Positions 48,196-49,190 of a stretch of DNA of 49,190 nucleotides are shown here, one piece after another. Source of the stretch: Thermoplasmata archaeon (GTDB lineage Archaea; Thermoplasmatota; Thermoplasmata; Halarchaeoplasmatales; Halarchaeoplasmataceae); NCBI GenBank assembly GCA_019594025.1, contig JAFDUB010000001.1:1-49190 (forward strand), in the 5' to 3' direction. The position numbers and the translations under genes are program-made. The first letter of the stretch is position 1. Each line of letters opens with the position of its first letter. The notes below the pieces were generated by a model. That model saw nothing but the letters and a program-made list of their open reading frames with translations. It had not been told where the DNA came from and did not search any database.

Positions 48196-48591
48196 ATGGG
48201 GCGTATGATATCTCCGGGTAAGGCAACGGCCGACGCCATCGTGTCTGATGAGCCCATAGGATTCTACGGAGGTGTGGATATCGAAACAGGTATCGTCATC
48301 GAGAGGGGGCATCCGTTGGAAGGGGAATGTGTTACAGGAAAAGTACTCGTGTTTCCCAGGGGTAAAGGCTCGACGGTGGGTTCGTATGTGATATATGGGC
48401 TGGAGAAAAACAACGTAGGTCCGGTAGCCATCGTGAACGAAGAAACGGAGACCATCGTGGCCACTGGAGCGATTTTGGCGGGCATACCCTGTGTGGACGG
48501 TATAGATATCTCAAGATTCAAAAGCGGAGATATATTAACCGTGGACGCCGATAAAGGTTCAGTAGAAAAGGTGGGGTCAAAGGGCCTTTGA
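48196..48591 (+). CDS. Aconitase X small (swiveling) subunit, DUF126
   Basis: FYGGVD, GKGSTVGSY, GAILAGIP; GGAGGTG SD. Confidence 0.9.
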   Translation: MGRMISPGKATADAIVSDEPIGFYGGVDIETGIVIERGHPLEGECVTGKVLVFPRGKGSTVGSYVIYGLEKNNVGPVAIVNEETETIVATGAILAGIPCVDGIDISRFKSGDILTVDADKGSVEKVGSKGL

Positions 48592-48675
48592 ACATCCCTC
48601 CGATAGTTTAGATGTTATTTGAAGATTGAATAACATCCAATAAACTTATACGTTCGAATATGATATGGAATTTTG

Positions 48676-49188
48676 ATGAAAGAACGAGTGCAGACTAACA
48701 TTGAAGGTTTTGATGAATTGCTTAAAGGTGGAGTCCCAGAGGGTCATGTAGTATTGATATGCGGGGGCCCTGGTACGTTCAAGTCCAGCATCACTCTGAA
48801 TTTGCTTTCCAAACAGGTTAAGGGAAATGGTAAAAAAGCTCTTTACGTATCACTGGAGGAGTCTAAGGAGAGTTTGGAAGCTACGGCTGAAGGCTTGGGC
48901 ATCGATAAATGGGACGAACAGAACTTTCTATTAGCAGATGTGTCTAAGATTCGATTGGAGCAGACGGATGCAGGGAAGGCTCGTAACTGGATGAAGATCG
49001 TAGAGAAATATATCCGCAGAAGGGCGGAAGACGGTTTTGAGTTGATCGCTTTGGACTCGATGTCCGCGTTATATTCTTTGATGGAATTCGAAAATCCCCG
49101 GAAAGAGCTATTCCAGTTCTTTGGTTTTCTTAAGAGAATTTTGAAAAACCCCAATAAATATGGCACCAATTATGTAATCCAGATGTGA
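48676..49188 (+). CDS. KaiC/RAD55-like RecA-superfamily ATPase, apparently C-terminally truncated
   Basis: TNIEGFDELLKGGVP, GGPGTFKS, YVSLEE, IALDS; the distal strands and KMR-type arginine finger are absent. Confidence 0.75.
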   Translation: MKERVQTNIEGFDELLKGGVPEGHVVLICGGPGTFKSSITLNLLSKQVKGNGKKALYVSLEESKESLEATAEGLGIDKWDEQNFLLADVSKIRLEQTDAGKARNWMKIVEKYIRRRAEDGFELIALDSMSALYSLMEFENPRKELFQFFGFLKRILKNPNKYGTNYVIQM

Positions 49189-49190
49189 AA

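Noticed and set aside
48190..48200. In-frame TAG-ATG junction of the AcnX subunits suggesting amber readthrough or pyrrolysine
   Set aside because: A strong GGAGGTG SD precedes ATG 48196, so ordinary coupled initiation explains it; no pyl genes seen
158..49169. Many antisense or alternate-frame ORFs in the track (e.g. 3443-4171, 14342-14896, 24549-25058, 33230-33949, 46736-47218)
   Set aside because: They lie within well-supported genes, lack recognisable motifs and have the composition of shadow ORFs
1..49190. tRNA, rRNA, CRISPR array, transposase, integrase or intein
   Set aside because: Intergenic gaps are under 200 bp with no cloverleaf or repeat-spacer pattern seen by eye, and no ORF showed such motifs; small RNAs could still be missed without covariance searches

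Overview
Archaeal core-genome segment. The lineage is most likely an anaerobic Thermoplasmatota-type euryarchaeon, inferred from gene content, AGGTG/GGAGG Shine-Dalgarno (SD) sites and TATA boxes, not from a search. It is almost fully coding (~50 CDS); no rRNA, tRNA or CRISPR was seen. Contents: translation genes (rps12-rps7-aEF2; rpl1-rpl10-rpl12; rpl7ae-rps28e-rpl24e-ndk; aIF5A; dtdA), RuMP genes (hps-RraA fusion, phi), glnA, rubredoxin (missed by the ORF track) plus fprA, two STAND NTPase-TPR proteins, a glycosyltransferase/flippase block, pyrH-pit-DUF47-phoU, two ftsZ paralogs (one behind a tandem ribbon-helix-helix CdrS-like regulator), pepF, htpX and an archaeal-type mevalonate cluster. 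Best leads: (1) a coupled mevalonate operon (UbiD decarboxylase + LpdD-like prFMN chaperone + AcnX dehydratase) led by a second, trypanosomatid-like mevalonate kinase next to the ordinary archaeal one; (2) an agmatinase whose conserved N-terminus has no canonical start and lies in frame behind the aIF5A UGA, implying an AUA start, +1 frameshift, readthrough or an indel error; (3) a 1237-aa protein joining cytoplasmic HhH/Zn-ribbon domains to a large exterior region with a PEF-CTERM-like anchor; (4) a roughly helically phased TCYGAC array at the cdrS-like-ftsZ2 promoter; (5) structured leaders before rpl1 and rpl7ae. All family calls come from recognising motifs by eye; no databases were run.
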